Origin: Dehalococcoidia bacterium
GTDB lineage: Bacteria > Chloroflexota > Dehalococcoidia > Lucifugimonadales > VXLM01
NCBI GenBank assembly: GCA_965220255.1
Contig: OZ244816.1
Coordinates: 854,083-918,082, forward strand
Length of the DNA stretch: 64,000 nucleotides
Reading direction: 5' to 3'
Shown: in pieces, positions 41,106-50,486 of the stretch
Layout: each line of letters begins with the position of its first letter
How positions within the stretch are numbered: position 1 is the first letter of the stretch
Made by a program: the position numbers and the translations under genes
The notes under the pieces: model-generated
The model's database searches: none
Told to the model about the DNA's origin: nothing
The model's input: only the letters and a program-made list of their open reading frames with translations

Positions 41106-41272
41106 GACAAATGGTAGTTGATTCCAGCACTAGAGTCAAGTTTGAGAAAAAGGCGAAAACTAACCTCCAGAGGTGGGATTACGCCCTCTCGCCGAGCGTG
41201 TCCGTTCCTTGCCGTAGCCGCAGAATGGAGGCCGACCATATCTGCCGCAGTTCCAGTGCGGCGGCGTATCGA

Positions 41273-41298
41273 CCCTTCGACAGGCTCAGGGAAAACGG
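41273..41298. repeat. Solitary CCCTTCGACAGGCTCAGG repeat arm
   Basis: Uninterrupted version of the split arm at 25879-25940. Confidence 0.65.
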
Positions 41299-41318
41299 GC
41301 AGCTTGCCTGCGACCCGT

Positions 41319-42110
41319 CTACGCCAACGCCCTCAGGCTGTCGTCGTCGGTCGGTTGGAGCGGGGTGAAGTCGCGGTTGTTCTGGTACCAGGGACGCTCG
41401 GTGCCGGTGCAGGCGTTGCCGACGGCGTTGTAGTTCAGGTACATGATGGCCCGCCGCCACGGCGAGACGTTGTTGGCCGAGCCATGCACGACGTTGCAGT
41501 GGACGAAGGCGACGGAGCCGGCCATCCCGATGAGCGGCTCGATCCCGCTCTCACCGGCGAGACGTTCGAGGACTCCGCTGTCGATGTTGTGCAGTGCGTA
41601 TCCCCTGCCCCTGGCGTCCTCGTGGAGCTTGGAGTCAAGCAGGCCGTGTCGCTGCGAGCCGGGCACAACCAGGAGCGGGGAGGTCACGGCTGTGCAGTCG
41701 TCGACGTAGACGGAGGCCATGATGCAATTCGCCTCCGGCATACCGTCGATCATGTGCCAGGGCGGGTAGTCCTGGTGCCAGTCCCATCCGCCGCCCTTAC
41801 CGAACCCAGGCTTGGGATTGAGCCTGCTCTGGTGCAGGTAGGCATCATCACGCAAAAGCTGTTTGACGGGTTCGAGCATTCGCGGCAGGGTCAGCAGACG
41901 TTTGAACGGCTCGGAGTATACGTGCGCCCCGAAGGCGAGACGGGCCGTGGATGCGTCGTCACGCTCGCGGACGACCTCGGGTCCCTCGCGACTAAGAATT
42001 TCCGGCACCGCCCGTTGAAGCACGGCGACCTCATCGGCGTCAAGCAGGTTGGGGAAGAAGAGGTATCCGCGGGTATCGAACTCTTCGATCTGCGATGCGT
42101 CAAGCTTCAT
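41319..42110 (-). CDS. Fe(II)/2-oxoglutarate dioxygenase, PhyH family (EctD-like)
   Basis: YLHQSRLNPK, WHQD, VVPGS, HGSANN.SP..R. Confidence 0.88.
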   Translation of the reverse strand: MKLDASQIEEFDTRGYLFFPNLLDADEVAVLQRAVPEILSREGPEVVRERDDASTARLAFGAHVYSEPFKRLLTLPRMLEPVKQLLRDDAYLHQSRLNPKPGFGKGGGWDWHQDYPPWHMIDGMPEANCIMASVYVDDCTAVTSPLLVVPGSQRHGLLDSKLHEDARGRGYALHNIDSGVLERLAGESGIEPLIGMAGSVAFVHCNVVHGSANNVSPWRRAIMYLNYNAVGNACTGTERPWYQNNRDFTPLQPTDDDSLRALA

Positions 42111-42231
42111 GGCGTGCCTTTTCGAGGTAGGGTCGTTGGTGCGCTATTGTAGAGCGTTTCGTAAATGGGTGGCAAACGACCGCATTCGACGGGAAGGGCA
42201 GGCAACCGGCAAACTAAGACTTGTGCCCAGG

Positions 42232-42260
42232 TTGTCTAAGCCCAGGTGGGTTGGTAGAAT
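42232..42260 (+). promoter_or_regulatory. tRNA promoter TTGTCT-17-TAGAAT with extended -10
   Basis: Ends 10 bp upstream of the tRNA. Confidence 0.65.
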
Positions 42261-42270
42261 CGGAATGCGG

Positions 42271-42345
42271 GCGGGCGTAACTCAGTGGCAGAGTGTCTGC
42301 TTCCCAAGCAGAAAGTCGGGGGTTCGAATCCCCTCGCCCGCTCCA
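42271..42345 (+). tRNA. tRNA-Gly(CCC)
   Basis: Acceptor stem gcgggcg/cgcccgc; anticodon arm tctgc-ttCCCaa-gcaga; GGTTCGAATC; encoded CCA. Confidence 0.97.
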
Positions 42346-42532
42346 AGGAAGCAGTTCAGAGAAAGACAGCGCGCAGAGGCGCGATCTGATTGCCCGGCTC
42401 ACGAGTAGTGAAAAGTGGGAGGCATGGGACCGTCGGCGCTTGGAAGACGAAAGGCGAGCGCATGATGAGCCGCCGCAAGGCGCTGACTCGCAGGATTGTT
42501 GAGGGGTCACCTGTGCAGGCGCGGAGGACAAT

Positions 42533-42781
42533 ATGACGACCAAAGACAGTCTCAAAGACTTGATCGATCAACTCCCCGATGAAGAACTGCACACGGCCAA
42601 GCGCTTCATGGAGTACCTGCGAGACGCTAGCTCTCCCCTGCTCGATGCTCTGCTTGAAGCGCCGGAAGAGGCTGATGAGTTGACAGAAGAGGCCGCAGCC
42701 GCACTGCGAGAGGCGGAACTGGAAGTCAAGGCCGGAGATATTGTGACTCACGCGGAGTTGAAGCGTGAGTTGAGCCTTTGA
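42533..42781 (+). CDS. Antitoxin (acidic, 82 aa)
   Basis: LKDLIDQLPDEEL; SD GGAGG; overlaps the RelE-like gene. Confidence 0.75.
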   Translation: MTTKDSLKDLIDQLPDEELHTAKRFMEYLRDASSPLLDALLEAPEEADELTEEAAAALREAELEVKAGDIVTHAELKRELSL

Positions 42782-43035
42782 CTTGGAAGCTCGTCTACTC
42801 GAAGCGGGCCCGAAGGAGTATCCGCCGTTTTGACTCGACGACCTCCAGACGCATCGTTACCGGGTTGGAACGCCTGACAGCTACCGGACAGGGAGATGTA
42901 GCTCGGGTTCGGGGTGACTCCGCAAAGTGGAGGCTGCGAATCGGCAGTTGGCGAGTGTTCTTTATTTACGATGCCGTGGAACGCACTATATTTGTGCTTG
43001 ACGTTCAACATCGTCGAGAGGCGTATAGAAGTTAG
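42778..43035 (+). CDS. RelE/ParE-family toxin
   Basis: WRLRIGSWRVFF…VQHRREAY. Confidence 0.88.
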   Translation: MTWKLVYSKRARRSIRRFDSTTSRRIVTGLERLTATGQGDVARVRGDSAKWRLRIGSWRVFFIYDAVERTIFVLDVQHRREAYRS

Positions 43036-43074
43036 AATGACGGCAGACGCAGGACGAGGGCCTGCCCCCACAAG

Positions 43075-43146
43075 TAACTGTTCAGACTTCATGAGACCGC
43101 TCTACACACACAGCCCACCGTCATTCCTGCGAAGGCAGGAATCCAG
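43075..43146. repeat. Left arm + REP of the ACTGTTCAGA MITE-like family
   Basis: taactgttcagacttc…ccgtcattcctgcgaaggcaggaatcca; no matching right end. Confidence 0.75.
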
Positions 43147-43192
43147 AAAGCCCGGTCAGTCGAGAATACGGCCTCATCACACCCAATTGGTC

Positions 43193-44500
43193 TTATAAGC
43201 CGTTCTCCGGCGGCTGTTGGCGGATGGCGGCGAGGGACTCGTCTGAACCGCGCTCTACTCGTTCCCCGGCGAGGAAGACGTTGACCACGTTCCACAGGTT
43301 GTTGATGTCCTCCGTCGGGTCGCCGTCGAGGATGAGAAGGTCGGCCTCCTTGCCGGGTTCGAGGATCCCAACCTTGTCGTGCATGTCGAGGGAGCGGGCG
43401 GCGTCGCCGGTCACCGAGTAGACGCCCTGCTCGTTGGAATAGCCGGACATGACGAGGCACTCGGTCTCATAGGCCGTGTTGCCGAGCATGTAGTTGCCCC
43501 ACGACGAGTCGGAGCCGGTTATGACCTTCGCGCCCATCTCGATGAGCCTGCGGCAGTCGTCGAGTCGCACGTCGAACTCCCGCAGTTCATCGTCGAGCTC
43601 GGCCTGCTGCTGAGCGGTCAGCCCTTCCCGCTCCTTGAGGTGCTGGAGCGTCCATATCCGTGCGCGGAACACGTGGAGGGTGGGGTTGACGTATGCCCCC
43701 TGCCGGACGATGCGCTCGGCTACTGACTCGTCAAAGAAATTCGTGCCGTCCGATCGCTTGAAGACGCAGTGGATGATCATGTCCACCTCGGCTTCGAGGG
43801 AGTTGGAGATGCCCTGGGCGGACAGGCAGTGCGCGGCGGTGGGCTTGCCGAACTTGTGGGCCTCGTCGGTGATGGCGAGAAGCTCGTCGACGTTGAAGGA
43901 CGGTCGCATCGTGAACGATGTGGCTGTGCTGCCGCCGGTCGCGGTGATCTTGATGTAGTCCGCGCCCTCCTTGATGAGTTGCCGCGTCATGGCGCGGGCC
44001 TCGTTCGGTCCGGTCACCTCGGAGCCGAAATAGCCCATGTGACCGCCGATTATGGATACCGGACGGCCGCAAAGGTGCATTCTAGGGCCGACTGTAAGAC
44101 CGCCGTTCACGGCGTCGCGAAGGCGAAACATGGTCATGTTCTTCGGGCCGTTCTCGCGGATGGTCGTAACGCCGGAGAAGAGGGCCTTGCGGGCATTGCT
44201 GGCAGCCTGAACGGTCAGGATTTCGTCGGGATAGGTGGCTACCTCGTCGCCGACGCGCCCGTCGCCAAAGCCCACGTGGTGGGTGTGGGTATCAACCATG
44301 CCGGGCATGAGGGTTTTGTCGGAGTAGTCGAGGATCTCGACCGGCGCGCCTTCGGGCGCCGTCACCTCGCCCTGCCTGCCGACGGTAACGATCTTCGATC
44401 CCTCTACCAGGACCGCACCGTAAGGTGTGGAGGGGCCTCCTCGTCCGTCGATTAGTGTCCCGGCGTGTAGGAGTTTGAATGCTGCTGTGGGTGATGACAC
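43193..44500 (-). CDS. Metal-dependent amidohydrolase
   Basis: PGMVDTHTH, IKITATGG, AAH, GSD, GKEADLL. Confidence 0.9.
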   Translation of the reverse strand: MSSPTAAFKLLHAGTLIDGRGGPSTPYGAVLVEGSKIVTVGRQGEVTAPEGAPVEILDYSDKTLMPGMVDTHTHHVGFGDGRVGDEVATYPDEILTVQAASNARKALFSGVTTIRENGPKNMTMFRLRDAVNGGLTVGPRMHLCGRPVSIIGGHMGYFGSEVTGPNEARAMTRQLIKEGADYIKITATGGSTATSFTMRPSFNVDELLAITDEAHKFGKPTAAHCLSAQGISNSLEAEVDMIIHCVFKRSDGTNFFDESVAERIVRQGAYVNPTLHVFRARIWTLQHLKEREGLTAQQQAELDDELREFDVRLDDCRRLIEMGAKVITGSDSSWGNYMLGNTAYETECLVMSGYSNEQGVYSVTGDAARSLDMHDKVGILEPGKEADLLILDGDPTEDINNLWNVVNVFLAGERVERGSDESLAAIRQQPPENGL

Positions 44501-44604
44501 GTTGAGCTCCCTCGGTCTAGACGGTGATTAGCCGGTCGATACGAAGGCTAATGGAGGAGAATTGATGCCAATCGGAAGTGGCGAGAGAATTGACCGTACG
44601 CCCT

Positions 44605-45129
44605 TCACTTGCTTTCGTTGTCGAGCTCACCGTCATCATCGGTCGGGACTTCGGTAGCGTCGTCTCCTCCGATGCGCTTTTGAAAGTAGTCGACGATGTC
44701 CATCTGAGTGGGAACGTACAGAAGGGTGGCGATCGCGCCGTTCTCGAGCATGATGTCGACGTGCTGGAACCCAAAAGCTCTGCCGAACATGCCAAACCTG
44801 GCGCGGGTCTCCTTCAATCGGCTGAAGGGAATCAGGTAGCGGGGAGTCTGCAGGATGCCGCCCCTTTGGTATATGAGCGCGTCTTCGGTGAGGTAGTACC
44901 TCGTGCGTCGCCACTGCCAGTACTTCGGAATGAGGACGATGAACATCAGTACCGCCGGCGTGAACGGGTCGGGGAAAATACCAACCACAAAAATTATGAG
45001 GATAATGGCGAGCAGCCACCACGACGACCACAGCCAGGCATATTGGACCTGGGCGACCTCGATGGCGTCGTCGGGCACTTCCGGTTCCTGCGGCCGTTGG
45101 GGCTGCTGAGGCTGTTCTTCGCTGCTCAT
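44605..45129 (-). CDS. Membrane-flanked bacterial PH-domain protein
   Basis: Two TM helices, then TRYYLTEDALIYQRGG…FGRAFG. Confidence 0.7.
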   Translation of the reverse strand: MSSEEQPQQPQRPQEPEVPDDAIEVAQVQYAWLWSSWWLLAIILIIFVVGIFPDPFTPAVLMFIVLIPKYWQWRRTRYYLTEDALIYQRGGILQTPRYLIPFSRLKETRARFGMFGRAFGFQHVDIMLENGAIATLLYVPTQMDIVDYFQKRIGGDDATEVPTDDDGELDNESK

Positions 45130-45205
45130 CCGTACCTCCGTTTCGGACAAAGGGTAACTTGTTTCGAGGGGTCAGGTAAAGTACGCGAGAAGAGACGGAG
45201 AATGC

Positions 45206-45340
45206 AACTGTTCAGACTTCACGCGAGCGCTCTACACACAGCCCACCGTCATTCCGGCGAAGGAACGTCACCCCGTACCACGATACGGGGCCGGAATCCA
45301 AAAGGGCGGGGAGGTTTCTCTCACCAAGTCTGAAACAGTT
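45206..45340. mobile_element. ACTGTTCAGA MITE-like element whose REP carries a 27-bp insert
   Basis: TIRs aactgttcagactt / aagtctgaaacagtt; insert at 45264-45290. Confidence 0.8.
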
Positions 45341-45422
45341 CCGCAGAACCACCTTGCTTCCAAATGACGAGTGGGCTGTTCTATAATGGTTGCGGAGCTT
45401 ACGCACGGAGCGAAAGATAGGT

Positions 45423-45623
45423 ATGGCCAAGCAAACCGAAATGTCTGGAGGAGTAACCAGAAGAGGATTTCTGAAGGGAGTCCTTGCAGGCTTGGGAAGC
45501 GGCGCGGTCGTATTGACCATCTTTGGCGGCAAGAGAATACTCGCGCGCAGGCGCAGCGTAACGGCGGATTTCCCGGAAGACTCGATCTTCGCTCCCGCCA
45601 AGAACCGTAGCGACCGCGCGTAA
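45423..45623 (+). CDS. 66-aa twin-arginine signal-like small protein
   Basis: TRRGFLK + hydrophobic helix; TATAAT at 45382-45387. Confidence 0.65.
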   Translation: MAKQTEMSGGVTRRGFLKGVLAGLGSGAVVLTIFGGKRILARRRSVTADFPEDSIFAPAKNRSDRA

Positions 45624-45852
45624 TCCGCCTCACCAACCACTCGATCAACTTCCTTCCTAGACTCCCCCGCAGCAACTGCTTGCTGAATCACCTCTAGCCC
45701 AGCCCTTGGCGTCTCCCGACACCTTGGCAGTTGTAAGGCTAGGGGTCTTTTGGTATAAGTTAGCTTGACACAGGCAGGCCCCACGACTCAGGAATGCCGA
45801 CTCGGCACGCGACGTCCGGTTGGAGAGGACCGCGGAGTCAAGGCTCTCGATT

Positions 45853-47637
45853 ATGGAACTGGGAAGGTTTGGGCAACAGGTACGAACTCTGCTCACCCGT
45901 CCGACGACGGACACTGAACGGAGTAATGGCCTATGGAACGAACGAGTCCGAGCCGCGGCCCAGCTTGCCCTCGGCAGCGCAGGGGGAGCCCGGAAAAATC
46001 CCGGCCTCTTGGCGCGACAAGCCGTTTTCGGCGCATTTCGCGCCCTGACGGAAATCGGAGTCGAGGCGAAGGGCATTGCGAGGGACGCCGTCGTGGGCGT
46101 GCTTCAAGGGGCCTCAGGTTCTTCGAGTCCCGCAACCCCGCTCATCCGCGAGACCGTGGAGGGGGCGATTCGAGGTTCCTCCGAAATGGGCATGGACGTC
46201 CAGGCCGCGGGCGTCGACGCGGTGGAGGGCGCGATCGAGGGTGCCGTCTTCGTAGGAGTGGAGACCGAAGAAGCGGTCTCGGAGGCGGCTGACAGCGCGT
46301 TCGAAGCCATTACCGAGATTGGTGGCGACGTGGGCGTGGCGGCGAAGGCAGCCATTGTCGGTGTCATCACCGGCGTATCCGCAACGGGCGGTGACGTTCC
46401 CCAATCGGCACGCGATACTTCCAAGCTCGTAATGGACAACGTGACGGGCGACGCCGCCAATATGTCATACGTGGCCCAAAGCCTGGTCGAGGGCGCACTG
46501 GAAGTGCAGAATGTTGATCACGCATTCACCGTGAGGTATGTCGGAAAGACGGCCGAGGGAGCGGTTGACGGGGCGTACGAGGTGAGTGACGAAGTCGGGG
46601 AAGAGGTGCGCCTGGCCGTCGCCGCGATGTTGGAGAACCCGCGAGTGCACGTGGGCCCGACTACCGCTCCATTGCTGCAAGACCTCGCTGAGCGGGTGGC
46701 CGTGTATCACCCCCTGGGGCCAATGGCGTGGAGGGCACAGGCCCTCTGGCATGCTGGATGGGGCCTCGTCAGAATAGGCGGCATTGACTTGGCGGCGTCG
46801 CTTGCATTCTTTACGCTGCTTTCTTTCTTCCCGCTTGTGGCCCTGATCATTCTGGTCTTCTCCGCCTTTGCCGATCCCACTACCATCAAGGAAGAGCTAT
46901 CTCAGGTCTTCCTGTATTTCTTCCCTGCGTCCGGGCAATTCTTCGACAACTCCGTCGACTACCTGTTCAGCTCCCGCTTCGCTGCAGGCGTGGTGGCCAT
47001 AGTGGGCATTGCGATCGGGGCGAACGGCCTGTTCATGGCGACGAACCGAGCCGTCAATCGAATCTTCGGCTCGGAGCCCCGAAGGATGGTGAGTGCGACG
47101 TTGCTGCAGATCCTGCTGACGTTTGGCATCATGATGCTGTTTCTCACATCGATAGGCCTGACGATTGTATTCCAGTTGGCCTTAAGCATCAGTGACGCGC
47201 TGCCACTCATCGGATGGCCGGTGAACCGCGCGGTGATAATAGTCACCGAGTTGATCTCGGGGATATTGCCGATATTCATGACTACGATCGCGTTCGGCAG
47301 CGTCTACCAGGCGCTGCCGAATACACACGTCCAATGGCGGGACGCTACGTTCGGGGCAATTGTCGCTGTTATCCTCTTCGAACTGGGCAAGCACATATTC
47401 TTCTGGTTTGGGAACATCAGCGGTCAGCAGAACCTCATCTATCTGCCCTTCTCGTCCGTCGTGATACTGTTGATCTGGGCATTCATCGGCGGCATGATCT
47501 TCCTCTTCGGGGCAAGCATTGCCAACGAAGCGGCGAGCACCAGACCCAAGGGAGTCTACGGAAACCGTGAGACAATCACGTCTGAAATTGCTGAAAATGA
47601 GCGATCTGAGACGGTCAGCGGCGGCAGATTCCGTTGA
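45853..47637 (+). CDS. YihY/BrkB-family membrane protein with an N-terminal 22-aa repeat domain
   Basis: C-terminal AASLAFFTLLSFFP…YQALP…GA…FELGK; N-terminal helical repeats. Start is 45820 or 45853. Confidence 0.85.
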   Translation: MELGRFGQQVRTLLTRPTTDTERSNGLWNERVRAAAQLALGSAGGARKNPGLLARQAVFGAFRALTEIGVEAKGIARDAVVGVLQGASGSSSPATPLIRETVEGAIRGSSEMGMDVQAAGVDAVEGAIEGAVFVGVETEEAVSEAADSAFEAITEIGGDVGVAAKAAIVGVITGVSATGGDVPQSARDTSKLVMDNVTGDAANMSYVAQSLVEGALEVQNVDHAFTVRYVGKTAEGAVDGAYEVSDEVGEEVRLAVAAMLENPRVHVGPTTAPLLQDLAERVAVYHPLGPMAWRAQALWHAGWGLVRIGGIDLAASLAFFTLLSFFPLVALIILVFSAFADPTTIKEELSQVFLYFFPASGQFFDNSVDYLFSSRFAAGVVAIVGIAIGANGLFMATNRAVNRIFGSEPRRMVSATLLQILLTFGIMMLFLTSIGLTIVFQLALSISDALPLIGWPVNRAVIIVTELISGILPIFMTTIAFGSVYQALPNTHVQWRDATFGAIVAVILFELGKHIFFWFGNISGQQNLIYLPFSSVVILLIWAFIGGMIFLFGASIANEAASTRPKGVYGNRETITSEIAENERSETVSGGRFR

Positions 47638-47750
47638 CACTGACGCGAACGTTCATGTAGAATTTCGCATGAAATCGGTATGACTTCCAGGACTTCATCC
47701 TGTACGTAAGACCCACGCCCCGCGGCACAGACCGATGCGCGGGGTTTTTT
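47634..47750 (+). promoter_or_regulatory. Promoter + uORFs + intrinsic terminator (candidate attenuator) upstream of korA
   Basis: TTGACA-18-TAGAAT; uORFs 47669-47683 and 47680-47709; hairpin 47718-47744 + T6. Confidence 0.6.
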
Positions 47751-47814
47751 CTGGTTTCGCCTAATTCGCAAGCAGTATCCACACGGATGGGCGTTGTCTT
47801 AGAGGGGGCATGAG

Positions 47815-49545
47815 TTGCAGACGACAGACTTTAGAATACGAATCGCCGGCGAAGGTGGACAGGGTCTCCTGTCGGTGGCAGAGGGCTTCGCATCAGCGAA
47901 TGTTCAGGCGGGATATCACGCCCAGACCTTTGCGACCTTCCCTTCCCAGATCACAGGCGGCCCAACATGGTTCCAGGTGCGCATTTCGACCGAGCCGATC
48001 CTGAGCCGCGGCGACCAACTCGACGTGCTGGTCGCGTTCAACGAGCACGCGTATGAGGCGCACAAAGACGAGGTCCGAGAGGGCGGAGTCGTCGTCTACG
48101 ACTCGAAGGCCTTCCAGATGGAAGACACCGGATCGAGCCTCGGCGTTCCCTTCGATCAACTGGGCCGGTCCACCGGCAATCCAAGGGCGGCGAATATGGT
48201 CGTCATGGGAATGCTCGCGGGCCTGATGAATATGCCCCAGTCGATCCTGGAGGAATTCGTCAAGCAGCGCTGGGGCAACGTGCAGCGCTACGGTGAGAAA
48301 ACAGTGCCTCAGAACATCCACGGCCTCACGCTGGGACGAGAAGAGGCGGTGAAGAGCGGATTCAACCTGGGAGAGCTTGCTCCTCCAATCAAGCCGGATT
48401 ACGACCAGATATTCCTCAACGGAAACGAGGCCGTATGCCTGGGAGCCGTCCACGCCGGACTGGACTTCTACGTGGGATACCCGATCTCTCCGGCCACGAC
48501 GATCCTCGTGTGGATGGAGCGTTGGCTTGCCGGCGAAGATAAGACGGCGTATCAGGTCTCCTCCGAGATCGAGGCGATCAACGCGATCGTCGGCGCGGGG
48601 TACTCGGGCAAAAAGGCGATGACAGCAACGGCAGGGCCGGGCTTCTCGCTGATGAGCGAGGGGCTGGGGTTCGCTTGGATGGCGGAGATACCGCTCGTGG
48701 TCTGCGACGTGCAACGCGGCGGGCCCGCCACCGGACTCCCGACGAAGACCGAGCAGTCGGACTTCTTCGCGGCGATGCACCCCGCCCACGGCGATGTGAG
48801 CCTTCCGGTAATCGCCCCGGGATCCATAGAGGAGTGCTTCTACGCGGCCGTCGAGGCAATCAACTGGGCCGAGCGGTACCAGGGGCCCGTGGTATTGCTG
48901 AGCGAGCACTCGCTCTCCGAGCGCAAGCAGAACGTTCGCAAACCCGATCTCGACGCGATTCCCGTGGAGAACCGCGAGGTGTATCACGGGGCAAACGGCA
49001 CCAACGGCTACCATAGGTATGAGCCGAGAGAGCTGTCGCCCATGCCGCTGCCAGGCGGTCCCGGCAACTACGTGGCCAACGCGAGCGAGCATGACGGAAT
49101 GGGCGACACCACGCACCTGCCGGAACGCCACGTACAGATGACGGAGCGCCGGTTCAGCAAGCTGAAGCTGCTGGAGACCGGCACCTATGAGTCGGACAAC
49201 ACGAGCGCATCCATCGCCTTGATGACGTGGGGCGGCTCGAAAGGGCCCACACGCGAAGTCTGGCAGCGCATGTCCGAGTCGGGAACGGCGGACAATCTCG
49301 CGTGGTACTACACCATGTACCTGAACCCGCTTCCTCCCGCTCTGCTGGAGGAGCTGCGGGAAAAAGACCTTGTCATCGTTCCTGAATTGAACTACCAGGG
49401 CCAGTTCTCGTCGTACCTGCGTTCCCTCGGCGTAAAGGCTGAGTCGTTAACGCAATACACGGGACTCCCGTTCGGAATCAGGGATCTGACGCAACGAATC
49501 GAGGAGCGAATCGGCGTTCGCCAAAAGGAGGAGGTCGCAGTATGA
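47815..49545 (+). CDS. korA: 2-oxoacid:ferredoxin oxidoreductase alpha subunit
   Basis: AGEGGQG, GNEA, GYPISPAT, QRGGPATGLPTKTEQSD, PELNYQGQ. Confidence 0.92.
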   Translation: MQTTDFRIRIAGEGGQGLLSVAEGFASANVQAGYHAQTFATFPSQITGGPTWFQVRISTEPILSRGDQLDVLVAFNEHAYEAHKDEVREGGVVVYDSKAFQMEDTGSSLGVPFDQLGRSTGNPRAANMVVMGMLAGLMNMPQSILEEFVKQRWGNVQRYGEKTVPQNIHGLTLGREEAVKSGFNLGELAPPIKPDYDQIFLNGNEAVCLGAVHAGLDFYVGYPISPATTILVWMERWLAGEDKTAYQVSSEIEAINAIVGAGYSGKKAMTATAGPGFSLMSEGLGFAWMAEIPLVVCDVQRGGPATGLPTKTEQSDFFAAMHPAHGDVSLPVIAPGSIEECFYAAVEAINWAERYQGPVVLLSEHSLSERKQNVRKPDLDAIPVENREVYHGANGTNGYHRYEPRELSPMPLPGGPGNYVANASEHDGMGDTTHLPERHVQMTERRFSKLKLLETGTYESDNTSASIALMTWGGSKGPTREVWQRMSESGTADNLAWYYTMYLNPLPPALLEELREKDLVIVPELNYQGQFSSYLRSLGVKAESLTQYTGLPFGIRDLTQRIEERIGVRQKEEVAV

Positions 49546-50408
49546 GCGACAAGAATCCCGAATATGACTTCAAGTGGTGCCCCGGGTGCGGCGATTTCGG
49601 TGTTCGCCGCGCGCTGGAGCAGGCGGTCGCTCGACGGCTCGTAGAAGCCGAAGAGCCAATCGAGCAGACGGTGGTAGTCGCCGGCATTGGGTGTTCGGGC
49701 AACCTCGTTCACCTGCTCGAGGGCGATCAGCCCTTCGGCATTCACGGCCTGCATGGACGGACTCTGCCCGTAGCATTCGGCGTGAAGTCCGGCAGACCTG
49801 AGCTGAACGTCGTGGTTGTCGCCGGAGACGGCGACTTCCTGAGCATAGGCATGGAGCACATCGCGCCACAGGCCCAGCGAAACCTCAATGTCTGCGCGGT
49901 CGTCATGGACAACGGCGTCTACGGCCTGACGAAGGGCCAGAGTTCCCCCACGAGCGAACTTGGGATGATCACGAGCTCGACGCCGTTCGGCAAGGCGGAA
50001 GAGGGACTCAATCCCCTTCGGCTGTACCTCACGATCGGCGTATCGCACATCGCCTCGGCCCTGTCGAGCAAGATCAAGGACATGGCGAACATGATCTACG
50101 ACGCCATGGAGTACCCCGGCTTCTCGGTCGTACACGTCCAGTCGCCCTGCACCGAGTACAACGACACCTACAAGGTGCTCAAGGGTGAGCCCCGCAAGGG
50201 AATCCCCGGCAGGGCTTGGGACATCCCCGACGATCACGACCCGGCAAGCATCGACGCGGCAGCGAGCCTCCTCGAGCGTGACGGCATACCCCTGGGCCTC
50301 CTGTACCAGGCCGAGCACCAGCCCACCCTGGAGCAGCGCCTCGTAGACCTCAAGACAAAGGCGAGGGTGTTGACCACGGAGCAGATGGTAGCCTCCTACG
50401 GCGTGTAA
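49542..50408 (+). CDS. korB: 2-oxoacid:ferredoxin oxidoreductase beta subunit
   Basis: WCPGCGD, GIGCS, LHGR, GDGD, NGVYGLTKGQ. Confidence 0.92.
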   Translation: MSDKNPEYDFKWCPGCGDFGVRRALEQAVARRLVEAEEPIEQTVVVAGIGCSGNLVHLLEGDQPFGIHGLHGRTLPVAFGVKSGRPELNVVVVAGDGDFLSIGMEHIAPQAQRNLNVCAVVMDNGVYGLTKGQSSPTSELGMITSSTPFGKAEEGLNPLRLYLTIGVSHIASALSSKIKDMANMIYDAMEYPGFSVVHVQSPCTEYNDTYKVLKGEPRKGIPGRAWDIPDDHDPASIDAAASLLERDGIPLGLLYQAEHQPTLEQRLVDLKTKARVLTTEQMVASYGV

Positions 50409-50434
50409 CCTCTCTGCTGAAAGAAGCCTGCAAG

Positions 50435-50469
50435 AATGCCCCGGTTGGGACTACCCACCGGGGTATTTT
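50435..50469 (+). terminator. korAB terminator
   Basis: aatgccccggttggg-acta-cccaccggggtatttt. Confidence 0.7.
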
Positions 50470-50486
50470 CGTATAGGAGAGGCGTC

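Noticed and set aside
40967-41239. N-terminal extension of the 299-aa kinase ORF (likewise 38990-39166 for the hydratase)
   Set aside because: Better GTG starts with SD lie downstream; the extensions cross non-coding signals or another gene.
42271-42345. Intact integrative element at tRNA-Gly
   Set aside because: No integrase and no duplicated tRNA 3' end seen in the window.
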